Below are positions 26,667 to 35,214 of a DNA stretch of 38,533 nucleotides, one piece after another (position 1 is the first letter of the stretch; the number at the start of each line of letters is the position of its first letter). A program made the position numbers and the translations under genes. Source of the DNA: a virus (taxonomy: Duplodnaviria; Heunggongvirae; Uroviricota; Caudoviricetes); the IMG/VR virus record IMGVR_UViG_2531839666_000019; one strand, 5' to 3'. Under the pieces are notes generated by a model, which saw only the letters and a list, made by a program, of their open reading frames with translations, did no database searches and had not been told where the DNA came from.

Positions 26667-27153
26667 CTGGGGCTGCTTCACCCGACCAGTAAAGCCAAGC
26701 ACGGTGATACAGTTCCAGCACCGGGCAATCACTGTTCAATAACCTCATATCTCCGCGATGCACCTGCTCATTTGTGATGACTTCATATATCGGTGCCGTT
26801 CTTATTTCGTCTTCGCCTCTCTCATCAGCCAGTAATTCCCTGAACTTCCTGACTTCACTCAGATGCTGACAGGCAAACAGTGACTGATAGCGGGAAGGTT
26901 TATCAGGAAAATGGCTACGGCGAACTAACTCAAACACCAGACCGACCAGCAGACTTCTGCTGATTCCACTGTCATCTTCCATTTTAGGGCCGGGGTTATA
27001 GAGATAGTTATACCCGTGACTCGAAAGGCCATTGGGATACATCTGATGAAGAAAAGCGGCCAGTTCTGGCATTTCAGGCTCGTATTTTCCGGTAATTACA
27101 TGACAAGGCGAAGGCAGACGACTAGCGGAATCAAGTGTGTAATACGTTCCCAT
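26578..27153 (-). CDS. hypothetical protein (accessory/cargo)
   Basis: 191-aa ORF with AAGGA upstream of the ATG; no recognisable motif. Confidence 0.45.
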   Translation of the reverse strand: MGTYYTLDSASRLPSPCHVITGKYEPEMPELAAFLHQMYPNGLSSHGYNYLYNPGPKMEDDSGISRSLLVGLVFELVRRSHFPDKPSRYQSLFACQHLSEVRKFRELLADERGEDEIRTAPIYEVITNEQVHRGDMRLLNSDCPVLELYHRAWLYWSGEAAPVKTGEDEPFWELLIPLPVFVGRRITESQD

Positions 27154-27561
27154 TCAGAAAACAATCCTTATCGAACAAACACTGCACGTAGGTAATGCAT
27201 CCAGTAAATCGCGTTAATAGAAATCATGTATCTCAAAACTTCACTCTGAACTCTGACAGTGAAAGAACGACCAGCCCGGTACCCGAACTCCGGGCTGGTC
27301 ATCGCCCCACAGGAATGCACTGTGAGCCGACCGAGGTTCAGTCAGTCTCGCGAGACCAGACTAGCCTGCCATATTTTTATAATTATAAAAGGGTTACAGA
27401 TTATGAAAATGCAGACATTCCCCATCGCTCCATGGATTGGTTGTAAACGCCGCCATGCCAGACATATTCTGGCCGATGTTTCCTAGCACGCACGAATATG
27501 AGGCAACTGACGAGAATAAATGATGCGTCAGAATGAACCGTCGACACCGTGATTTCAGGTT

Positions 27562-28173
27562 TCAAAAATCTGGAGAAGGTATATCTATCTGACCGACGTT
27601 TCGTAACCACATCTCTTGCTTTGTTTCTTTATTGGTTCGGGCGATATCATTAGCATTGTATCTGCATGTTTTAACCGCAACCTCACGAACTCGTGCTATA
27701 GGAGTATTTGTGTAGAATTTAAGATCTTCCTCTACCGCTCGTATGGCGATAAGCCCTCCACTCTGAAAACCGCTGGTTACTTTTAAAAGATCAACTCCTT
27801 GGTTATAAACGGCATTACATACGTTAGGGAACTCATCTTCTACAGTTTTGGGGATCATCAGCATATCAGGAAGACCCTGTAACACGTTATCTTCCTTTGG
27901 CCTCCATGCCCTTCCCAAAAAAGCTGTTATAGGTTGTGGTGTAGAAAGAAATGCCAATTCTATATAAAACAAACCACTGTAGTGATCGCGTAACGAATAG
28001 ACTAGTAAATGATCTTTTCCAGTTTTACTTGCATTGCTAAGTTTTATATCAAATGGTTTTTTCTGGTACTTAAGCAATCCATCAACTCCCGCATAATAAT
28101 GCTTTGAAACAGCAACAGAAAGTTGATGTACTTGGTTCGGATAATCTGTTCTATATCGTTTAATTAGCCCCAT
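27562..28173 (-). CDS. hypothetical protein, AT-rich cargo gene
   Basis: 203-aa ORF, visibly AT-richer than the phage backbone; no recognisable motif. Confidence 0.5.
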   Translation of the reverse strand: MGLIKRYRTDYPNQVHQLSVAVSKHYYAGVDGLLKYQKKPFDIKLSNASKTGKDHLLVYSLRDHYSGLFYIELAFLSTPQPITAFLGRAWRPKEDNVLQGLPDMLMIPKTVEDEFPNVCNAVYNQGVDLLKVTSGFQSGGLIAIRAVEEDLKFYTNTPIARVREVAVKTCRYNANDIARTNKETKQEMWLRNVGQIDIPSPDF

Positions 28174-28232
28174 AATAGCCTCGCAGTTATTTTCTATTTC
28201 AAAATATAACGATATTTACTATCTGGAGTGTT

Positions 28233-28269
28233 TTGTTGGTCAAGTAATAGAGCTCTACATGGGGCGGTC
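28233..28269. repeat. 37-bp direct repeat, left copy flanking IS1
   Basis: TTGTTGGTCAAGTAATAGAGCTCTACATGGGGCGGTC, identical to 29038-29074. Confidence 0.9.
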
Positions 28270-28284
28270 GGTAATGACTCCAAC

Positions 28285-28788
28285 TTATTGATAGTGTTTT
28301 ATGTTCAGATAATGCCCGATGACTTTGTCATGCAGCTCCACCGATTTTGAGAACGACAGCGACTTCCGTCCCAGCCGTGCCAGGTGCTGCCTCAGATTCA
28401 GGTTATGCCGCTCAATTCGCTGCGTATATCGCTTGCTGATTACGTGCAGCTTTCCCTTCAGGCGGGATTCATACAGCGGCCAGCCATCCGTCATCCATAT
28501 CACCACGTCAAAGGGTGACAGCAGGCTCATAAGACGCCCCAGCGTCGCCATAGTGCGTTCACCGAATACGTGCGCAACAACCGTCTTCCGGAGCCTGTCA
28601 TACGCGTAAAACAGCCAGCGCTGGCGCGATTTAGCCCCGACATAGCCCCACTGTTCGTCCATTTCAGCGCAGACAATCACATCACTGCCCGGCTGTATGC
28701 GCGAAGTTACCGACTGCGGCCTGAGTTTTTTAAGTGACGTAAAGTCGTGTTGAGGCCAACGCCCATAATGCGGGCTGTTGCCCGGCAT
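28285..28788 (-). CDS. insB: IS1 InsB (transposase reading frame, normally expressed as InsAB by frameshift)
   Basis: 167-aa ORF matching IS1 InsB. Confidence 0.9.
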   Translation of the reverse strand: MPGNSPHYGRWPQHDFTSLKKLRPQSVTSRIQPGSDVIVCAEMDEQWGYVGAKSRQRWLFYAYDRLRKTVVAHVFGERTMATLGRLMSLLSPFDVVIWMTDGWPLYESRLKGKLHVISKRYTQRIERHNLNLRQHLARLGRKSLSFSKSVELHDKVIGHYLNIKHYQ

Positions 28789-28982
28789 CCAACGCCATTC
28801 ATGGCCATATCAATGATTTTCTGGTACGTACCGGGTTGAGAAGCGGTGTAAGTGAACTGCAGTTGCCATGTTTTACGGCAGTGAGAGCAGAGATAGCGCT
28901 GATGTCCGGCGGTGCTTTTGCCGTTACGCACCACCCCGTCAGTAGCTGAACAGGAGGGACAGCTGATAGAAACAGAAGCCAC
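28707..28982 (-). CDS. insA: IS1 InsA
   Basis: 91-aa protein [40 protein letters not shown]. Confidence 0.95.
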   Translation of the reverse strand: MASVSISCPSCSATDGVVRNGKSTAGHQRYLCSHCRKTWQLQFTYTASQPGTYQKIIDMAMNGVGCRATARIMGVGLNTTLRHLKNSGRSR

Positions 28983-29010
28983 TGGAGCACCTCAAAAACA
29001 CCATCATACA

Positions 29011-29985
29011 CTAAATCAGTAAGTTGGCAGCATCACCTTGTTGGTCAAGTAATAGAGCTCTACATGGGGCGGTCAAAACACGGGCATAACGACCATCGGG
29101 GTTTATGTTGATGTAACAAGTTTTCCCTTTAACACCATAAGATTCAGGTATTATTGCCTGTGTAGACACCGTGAATTTAAGGGTATGCCAGCCCGATTTT
29201 TGCTTGTAGCTTGAAACCGAATGGAAATCATCTGAGTACTTATTTAACCCTGGAAACATGCTGCGTAATGCTGGGATGGAATCTTCTATTATTTTGTCGT
29301 TGGTTTTAATGTTAAAAACGCTGGTTTCAGTAGATGCTACTGCTTTAGCATTTCCCCATTTACCAGCGAACACAATCATTCCCACGAAAAATATTGCGAC
29401 AAGAACTAACGCTCCCCCCAACACTACTACATGAGGCTTCCGGCTTCTGGTTGGTACAGTCGCGACTGATTTTGCCCCGCTGTCCGATGGAGGTGATAGA
29501 GTTTTACTCTCATCACGAATATTCAGCAGATCATCAAAATAACCAAACACAGCCTGCAACTGCTCTTTGTCCAGGCCTTTAAGATGGGTTGTACCGAAAT
29601 GCTTCAGACAGTATCTGTCACGGTCAAGACGATACCTAGGGTCAGTAAGCACCATTATTTTGCTGACCAGAAGATTACAGTCCTTCATATTCTGGATCTG
29701 TTGTGCATATCTCTGGAGGATCTCAACCGCACCATGATAATCAGCCGCAGTCATTTCATTAACTGTTTTGGTATTAAGTTTCGTGTGGATCGTCATCCAT
29801 AGTTCGCGCTTACTTTCCCCCAGATCAACCAATTCATCCATCAATCTGTGTAAATCGCGTTTTTGCAGCAACGAAATTGGTTGCTGGGCAGAGGGAAGTA
29901 TGTCAGCAGAATAGTTATGAATGGTAACATCACCGCTGACAACGTTACCCACATCTCCGTTAACTGTTTGCTTCTCTTTACTCAT
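29011..29985 (-). CDS. single-pass membrane protein co-transcribed with the repressor; 3' end replaced by IS1 sequence
   Basis: 324-aa ORF; N-terminal GDVGNVVSGDVTIHNY motif, TM helix VVVLGGALVLVAIFFVGMIVFAG; last 8 codons and stop lie inside IS1; without IS1 the frame would continue leftward to a stop near 28194. Confidence 0.6.
   Translation of the reverse strand: MSKEKQTVNGDVGNVVSGDVTIHNYSADILPSAQQPISLLQKRDLHRLMDELVDLGESKRELWMTIHTKLNTKTVNEMTAADYHGAVEILQRYAQQIQNMKDCNLLVSKIMVLTDPRYRLDRDRYCLKHFGTTHLKGLDKEQLQAVFGYFDDLLNIRDESKTLSPPSDSGAKSVATVPTRSRKPHVVVLGGALVLVAIFFVGMIVFAGKWGNAKAVASTETSVFNIKTNDKIIEDSIPALRSMFPGLNKYSDDFHSVSSYKQKSGWHTLKFTVSTQAIIPESYGVKGKTCYININPDGRYARVLTAPCRALLLDQQGDAANLLI
29038..29074. 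repeat. 37-bp direct repeat, right copy flanking IS1
   Basis: Identical to 28233-28269. Confidence 0.9.
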
Positions 29986-30443
29986 TTTCTCTTTGTATTT
30001 TTGTTCATTATTCCACCTGTTCCTATGGTTACGTTACCTTTGATAACATTCCCCAGAACATCTCCATGAATAACCTGTTCCGCCCGTTCTCTGGAGGAGC
30101 CAGTCGTCAATGCCGACAAAACTGAACCTTTGACTTGTAACGGTGCTTGCCGGTAGTGCTGAAGTAACTCCATTTCATCACGTGATAAAGTTATACCTGA
30201 TGATTCCCCAGTAAGAATGAACTGTACGTTGGCCCCAATTCTTGCAAAGGCTGCAAGTAACTCACCTCCGGGAACTGCAACCCCTCGTTCATATTTCCCC
30301 CACATTTCTCTTGAAACGCCACAAAGGGCTGCTACTTCAGCCTGCTTGAGTGATAACCGCGAACGCTCAGCTTTGAACCGCGACGCGCAAAGAGAATCAA
30401 AATTCACATAAACCTCATTGACAATGAGAACAATAGTTCTCAT
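29982..30443 (-). CDS. XRE-family HTH repressor (CI-like, functional analogue of Mu c)
   Basis: HTH segment LSLKQAEVAALCGVSREMWGKYERGVAVPGGELLAAFARIGANVQFILTG; divergent from the Ner-like gene. Confidence 0.75.
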   Translation of the reverse strand: MRTIVLIVNEVYVNFDSLCASRFKAERSRLSLKQAEVAALCGVSREMWGKYERGVAVPGGELLAAFARIGANVQFILTGESSGITLSRDEMELLQHYRQAPLQVKGSVLSALTTGSSRERAEQVIHGDVLGNVIKGNVTIGTGGIMNKNTKRK

Positions 30444-30493
30444 AATCTATCACATATAAAACAAACATCATTGCATCAACAAAGGAGACAACA

Positions 30494-30682
30494 ATGACTT
30501 CCGAACAAGTTAAAACTCTCTTCCGTCAGCGTGGTATCACGTTTACCCGCTGGGCCGAAGAACACGGCTACAGCCGCAATGAGGTCTATCGTGTTCTCAA
30601 TGGACAGACCAAAGCTCGTTACGGCAAAGCCCATGAAATTGCCGTAAAGCTGGGATTAAAACCCACGTCAAATGCGGCATAA
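30494..30682 (+). CDS. Ner-like/Cro-like small DNA-binding protein
   Basis: 62-aa protein with the GY...L.G....G..IA..LGL pattern resembling Ner-family regulators; first gene of the rightward early operon. Confidence 0.6.
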   Translation: MTSEQVKTLFRQRGITFTRWAEEHGYSRNEVYRVLNGQTKARYGKAHEIAVKLGLKPTSNAA

Positions 30683-30734
30683 ATTTTCCATATATGCAAC
30701 AGGTTATCACATATTGCAAAAATGGAAATGTGAC

Positions 30735-31043
30735 ATGAGTAAAGTAAATATCTCCAGTTCCGGGACCCGCATCCTACGTGTACTCAAAGCTCTACGCGGT
30801 CACTCTCTGAACGGTGTTTCTAACGGTGAACTGGCATCAGCCCTAGATGAGTCCCCGGCGAACATCAATCGAGCACTCAATACCCTTATCGAAGAGGGAC
30901 TAGCCCTGAAACTGGAAAACGGGCGTTTCGCACCAGGCATCCAGTTGCTGCAGATCGCCATGGCCCACAGTAACGAGATGGCACGTGCACAGGATCGCAT
31001 TAACGAAATCAACCAACGTGTTATTTCAGGTAGTCGTTTGTAA
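30735..31043 (+). CDS. winged-helix/HTH DNA-binding protein
   Basis: Segment GVSNGELASALDESPANINRALNTLIEEGLA; start chosen at the ATG at 30735 (the ORF-track alternative 30672 overlaps the Ner-like gene). Confidence 0.5.
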   Translation: MSKVNISSSGTRILRVLKALRGHSLNGVSNGELASALDESPANINRALNTLIEEGLALKLENGRFAPGIQLLQIAMAHSNEMARAQDRINEINQRVISGSRL

Positions 31044-31053
31044 GGAGTAATCA

Positions 31054-31965
31054 ATGGGACGCACCAAATCACCGGTTAGCACTGAACTGAACGTCGAGGT
31101 ACCGCTGTCGGATGATCTCAATGTCAGTCTAAACGCCATGACACAGCATCGCATGGAAATCATGCAACAGTTCGGCGATGGTCTGCCCTATGAGCGCGAT
31201 CGTGTTGTCCATGAGGCACGCTTTTATATGGCACAGAGCGCTGAGGCCATGCTGGAGGCAGGTAAGCGGCTGATAATCCTTAAGGAAAATGAACCACACG
31301 GGGAGTTTATAAAGATTCTTGAAAGTGAGTTGGGGCTGGCATACCGGACATCTGTGAGAATGATGCAAGCATCGACAAAATACTTATCCCCGGCGCTGAA
31401 ACCAAATGTGCCAACGTTGGCACATTTGGGAAAAGCCAAACTTTTCGAATTAATGACAGAAGACGACGAAGAGCTTGCCGAACTGGCCGACGGCGGCACA
31501 GTTGCCGGCATGACGCTTGACGATGTTGATCGCATGTCAGTACGTGAATTGCGTCAGGCCCTGCGTGAAGCGCGCGAAACCAACGCAGCACAACAGCGTG
31601 TTCTCGCCGATAAAAATGAAAAAATAGACTCACTCTCCACCAGACTGGAGAAGAAATCCCGTATTCAGCCACCTGAGCCTGATGAAGAGGTGAAGAAACT
31701 GCGGGCGGAAGTGACCGCGTTAGCGGTTGAGGCGGAATCTGCCATCGCCGTTCGACTGTCCAGCGCTTTTGAGACACTGTGCGCATATTGTGCTGAAAAC
31801 ATGATTGATACCCCCAGAGACTTCATGGCAGGCCTGGTCTGTCAACTGGAAAGCACAGCGCGTAGCCTGCGCTCCACATTTGACCTGCCGGACGAGCCAA
31901 CAGGCGATGTCGCGCCTTCATGGCTGACTGAGCCGACGCCACAGATTAACGGGCTGGAGGCATAA
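31054..31965 (+). CDS. hypothetical early protein with central coiled coil
   Basis: 303-aa ORF immediately upstream of the transposase gene. Confidence 0.45.
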   Translation: MGRTKSPVSTELNVEVPLSDDLNVSLNAMTQHRMEIMQQFGDGLPYERDRVVHEARFYMAQSAEAMLEAGKRLIILKENEPHGEFIKILESELGLAYRTSVRMMQASTKYLSPALKPNVPTLAHLGKAKLFELMTEDDEELAELADGGTVAGMTLDDVDRMSVRELRQALREARETNAAQQRVLADKNEKIDSLSTRLEKKSRIQPPEPDEEVKKLRAEVTALAVEAESAIAVRLSSAFETLCAYCAENMIDTPRDFMAGLVCQLESTARSLRSTFDLPDEPTGDVAPSWLTEPTPQINGLEA

Positions 31966-31968
31966 CCA

Positions 31969-33738
31969 ATGAATGCTGCCCTGACTGAACGACTGGTTTA
32001 TGTCGCCCGCGCGGCACGTGACGCGGGGCATGGTAAACGCGGTGCAATATACGACGCTGCCTGTGCTGAACTTGGCATGTCCCGCGCCACTCTGCTGCGC
32101 AGGCTGAAGGAGGTATCTGTGACTGATAAACGCAAAAAACGCGCCGATGCCGGGCGCAGCGCCCTGACCCGCGACGAAGCCGCGCTGATATCTGCCACAC
32201 TGCGTGAGGCCACCCGCAAGAACGGTAAGCGTCTCTATTCCATCGCAGATGCAGTGGAAACCCTGCGGGCTAACGGCTTTATCTCCGCAGGCAGAACAGA
32301 TGAAACCACCGGTGAGTTTTTCCCGTTGTCCGAAGATGCCATCAGTCGTGCCTTGCGTAACTATGGCCTGCACCCGGAACAACTGGATGCCCCTGCGCCG
32401 CATACCGAAGTGGCCAGTCTGCATCCCAATCACGTCTGGCAGATTGATGCCTCGCTCTGCACGCTTTACTACCTGAGCAATGGACACAAAGGGCTGCAGG
32501 TGATGGACAGCGCGAAGTTCTACAAGAATAAACCCGCTAACCTTGCCCGTATCGCCAGTGACCGCGTGTGGAGTTACGAGATTACCGACCATGCCAGCGG
32601 CTGGATTTACGTTGAGTATGTGACGGGTGCGGAATCCGGTGAGAACCTGTGTTCTGTGCTTATCAACGCCATGCAGGAGCGTGGCGGCGCAGACGTGCTG
32701 CACGGCGTGCCGAAAATACTCTATCTCGACCCCGGCTCGGCAAACACCGCGGGTATGACGAAAAACATGTGCCGCTCACTGGGCATCGACCTGATAGCGC
32801 ACAAGCCGCATAACGCCCGCGCCACCGGACAGGTGGAAAAGGCGCGTGACATTATCGAACGCAAGCTGGAGCCGGGTCTGAAATTCCGGCCGGTTCACAG
32901 TCTGGAAGAACTCAACGCGCTGGCCGCGAAATGGCGTAGCCACTTTAACGCAACAGCTGTTCACAGCCGCCACGGTAAAACCCGCACGGATATCTGGCTG
33001 AAGATTACTGCTGAGCAGCTGAAAAAAGCGCCTTCCGTTGAGGTATGCCGTGAACTGGCTGTGGCGACACCAGAACTCCGCAAAGTCACGCCAAAACTTC
33101 GTGTCTCGTTCCGGGGCACTGAATTTGACGTATCAACGGTACCGGGCGTACTGGTTGGTGAAAAACTGATGATTACCCGTAACCCATGGCGCAGCGATGT
33201 GGCACAGGTGGTTCTGACCGGTGAGGACGGCCACGAGACGTTCTTCCTGGTCGAAGAGGTCAGAAAGAACGAGTTTGGCTTTGCTGAAGGCGCGGCGGTA
33301 TTTGGCGAAAGTTACAAAGCCCTGCCGGAAACACCGGCACAGACGGCGGCAAAAGAAACCGAAGCGCTGGTCACCGGTACAGACAACGCCGCAGATGCAG
33401 CTGCCGCACGCAAGGCGAAGGCGCTGCCGTTCGGCGGGCGGCTTGACCCGTATAAACATATTGATGACGCCACACTTCCGGCCTGTATACCGAAGCGCGG
33501 TCAGGTCTCTGATGTACGCAGACCGCGCACTGAACAACGTCCCATGACTCATGTGGAGGCCGCGAAAGCCCTGCGCGATAAGTTCAGCGCCGACGGCCTT
33601 ACCTGGACGCCGGAACATTACCGCCAGTTAACGGCACAGTACCCGGACGGCGTACCGGAAGCCGCACTGGATGAAGTAATGGCCACGCTGACCACGCCGG
33701 CCCGCAGCAGCGTTATCAGCATTGTTAACGGCAACTGA
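31969..33738 (+). CDS. DDE transposase (Mu A-like, integrase-core family)
   Basis: 589-aa protein with DDE-type residues in HVWQIDAS and YLDPGSAN; followed by an overlapping AAA+ partner gene. Confidence 0.8.
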   Translation: MNAALTERLVYVARAARDAGHGKRGAIYDAACAELGMSRATLLRRLKEVSVTDKRKKRADAGRSALTRDEAALISATLREATRKNGKRLYSIADAVETLRANGFISAGRTDETTGEFFPLSEDAISRALRNYGLHPEQLDAPAPHTEVASLHPNHVWQIDASLCTLYYLSNGHKGLQVMDSAKFYKNKPANLARIASDRVWSYEITDHASGWIYVEYVTGAESGENLCSVLINAMQERGGADVLHGVPKILYLDPGSANTAGMTKNMCRSLGIDLIAHKPHNARATGQVEKARDIIERKLEPGLKFRPVHSLEELNALAAKWRSHFNATAVHSRHGKTRTDIWLKITAEQLKKAPSVEVCRELAVATPELRKVTPKLRVSFRGTEFDVSTVPGVLVGEKLMITRNPWRSDVAQVVLTGEDGHETFFLVEEVRKNEFGFAEGAAVFGESYKALPETPAQTAAKETEALVTGTDNAADAAAARKAKALPFGGRLDPYKHIDDATLPACIPKRGQVSDVRRPRTEQRPMTHVEAAKALRDKFSADGLTWTPEHYRQLTAQYPDGVPEAALDEVMATLTTPARSSVISIVNGN

Positions 33739-34915
33739 GGAGGGAAACATGCTGGTACTGAAGCAGCAACTGAAAGAGGCCCGTATTCCACAGGCGGTGG
33801 TGGCGAGAGCTGTCGATGTTTCTGAGGCCACGCTGGCCCAGATTGTGAATCATAACGCGTGGCCCCGCACCAGCCCCGGAGAAGTGCGCCGGCGTCTTGC
33901 GTCCTGGCTGGAAAGTCAGGGGATTGATACAGCGAAGAGTTTTGATGCTGTACAGGGCGCGGCCACTCCCCGTACAGCGGGTACCACAGATAAAACGAGC
34001 CTCAGTGAGGAAGAGAATATGTTACTCAAAAAACAGGTGTTATTCCCGGCAACCAAAAAAGCGTTTGGTCTTTTCCGTGACCCGTTCGCCGACGAAGCCA
34101 TGCAGGGTTCTGATGATGTGTTCACCACCCCGGACATTCGCTACGTGCGTGAGGCGTTGTACCAGACAGCCCGTCATGGTGGGTTTATGGCCGTCATCGG
34201 TGAGTCCGGTGCGGGTAAATCCACGCTGCGCCGCGACCTGACTGAACGTATCAACCGCGAGAATGCGCCGGTAATTGTTATCGAGCCATACATCATCGCT
34301 ATGGAAGACAACGATGTGAAAGGGAAAACCCTGAAGGCAGCAGCTATTGCCGAAGCCATTATCAGTACCATCGCACCACTGGAAAGCATCAGACGCAGTC
34401 AGGACGCCCGCTTTCGCCAGTTGCATCGCGTCCTGAAAGACAGCAGCCAGGCGGGGTTCAGCCACGTTCTGGTGATTGAGGAGGCCCACAGTCTGCCCAT
34501 TCCGACACTGAAACACCTCAAACGCTTTTTTGAGCTGGAGTCCGGTTTCAAAAAACTGCTGTCCATCGTGCTGATTGGCCAGCCGGAACTGGCGACAAAA
34601 CTGTCTGAACGCAATATGGAAGTCCGTGAAGTCGTTCAGCGCTGTGAGGTGGTCGAACTTCTGCCTCTGGACAATAACCTTGAAGAGTTTCTGACGTTCA
34701 AACTGCAACGGGCAGGTAAACAACTGACGGACATTATGGACGCCAGTGCAGTGGATGCCATACGTGCCCGCCTGAGCAATCCGGGAAGTCATCGTAAAAA
34801 TATGGTCAGCCTGTTGTATCCGCTGGCCGTCAGTAACCTGGTGATAGCCGCCATGAATCTGGCCGCTGAAATCGGGGTTCCACAGGTCAACGCTGACGTT
34901 GTCAAAGGGGTTTAA
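33722..34915 (+). CDS. transposition ATPase (Mu B/TniB-like AAA+)
   Basis: Walker A VIGESGAGKST and Walker B HVLVIEEAH; N-terminal HTH. Confidence 0.8.
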   Translation: MLTATEEGNMLVLKQQLKEARIPQAVVARAVDVSEATLAQIVNHNAWPRTSPGEVRRRLASWLESQGIDTAKSFDAVQGAATPRTAGTTDKTSLSEEENMLLKKQVLFPATKKAFGLFRDPFADEAMQGSDDVFTTPDIRYVREALYQTARHGGFMAVIGESGAGKSTLRRDLTERINRENAPVIVIEPYIIAMEDNDVKGKTLKAAAIAEAIISTIAPLESIRRSQDARFRQLHRVLKDSSQAGFSHVLVIEEAHSLPIPTLKHLKRFFELESGFKKLLSIVLIGQPELATKLSERNMEVREVVQRCEVVELLPLDNNLEEFLTFKLQRAGKQLTDIMDASAVDAIRARLSNPGSHRKNMVSLLYPLAVSNLVIAAMNLAAEIGVPQVNADVVKGV

Positions 34916-34917
34916 TA

Positions 34918-35187
34918 ATGAAATCCACCACAGGTATCAACCAGCAAATCAGCAAAGTGCAGTCAGCCATTATGGCGCTTAAGGCGACGAACACGGATGT
35001 ACAAAGCATCACCATCAGGGGTAACAAACCTGTCATCCGCGTTTCCCGGAGTGCGCATTGCATGCGCATGCTTGAGCAGGGAAAGGCCTGTTATCTGTAT
35101 ACCGGACATGACCACAGGGGATATTTCCGTCAGGGCGTTTTCGAACTGCACGGCTGTCGCGTCGTGTGGCCGGAATCTTTGTGGTAA
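34918..35187 (+). CDS. hypothetical early protein
   Basis: 89-aa ORF, tightly packed after the B-like gene. Confidence 0.4.
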   Translation: MKSTTGINQQISKVQSAIMALKATNTDVQSITIRGNKPVIRVSRSAHCMRMLEQGKACYLYTGHDHRGYFRQGVFELHGCRVVWPESLW

Positions 35188-35214
35188 TCAGCACAACTGG
35201 AGAAATCATAAGAT

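Larger units (their letters stand above)
28270..29037 (-). mobile_element. IS1 insertion sequence, complete 768 bp
   Basis: Termini GGTAATGACTCCAACTTATTGAT and the complement of GGTGATGCTGCCAACTTACTGAT; contains insA and insB. Confidence 0.95.

Noticed and set aside
27259-27486. Small plus-strand ORFs in the non-coding gap, including a 27-aa peptide MKMQTFPIAPWIGCKRRHARHILADVS, considered as a possible type I toxin
   Set aside because: No hydrophobic helix typical of small membrane toxins and no recognisable ribosome-binding site; insufficient evidence.
26213-30493. Central region interpreted as the junction of two independent prophages
   Set aside because: The early and late gene sets are complementary with no duplicated functions in the window, so a single prophage with divergent operons is more economical. 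Not excluded without flanking sequence.
34040-34792. 250-aa minus-strand ORF
   Set aside because: Antisense to the AAA+ transposition ATPase gene, which has clear Walker motifs on the plus strand.
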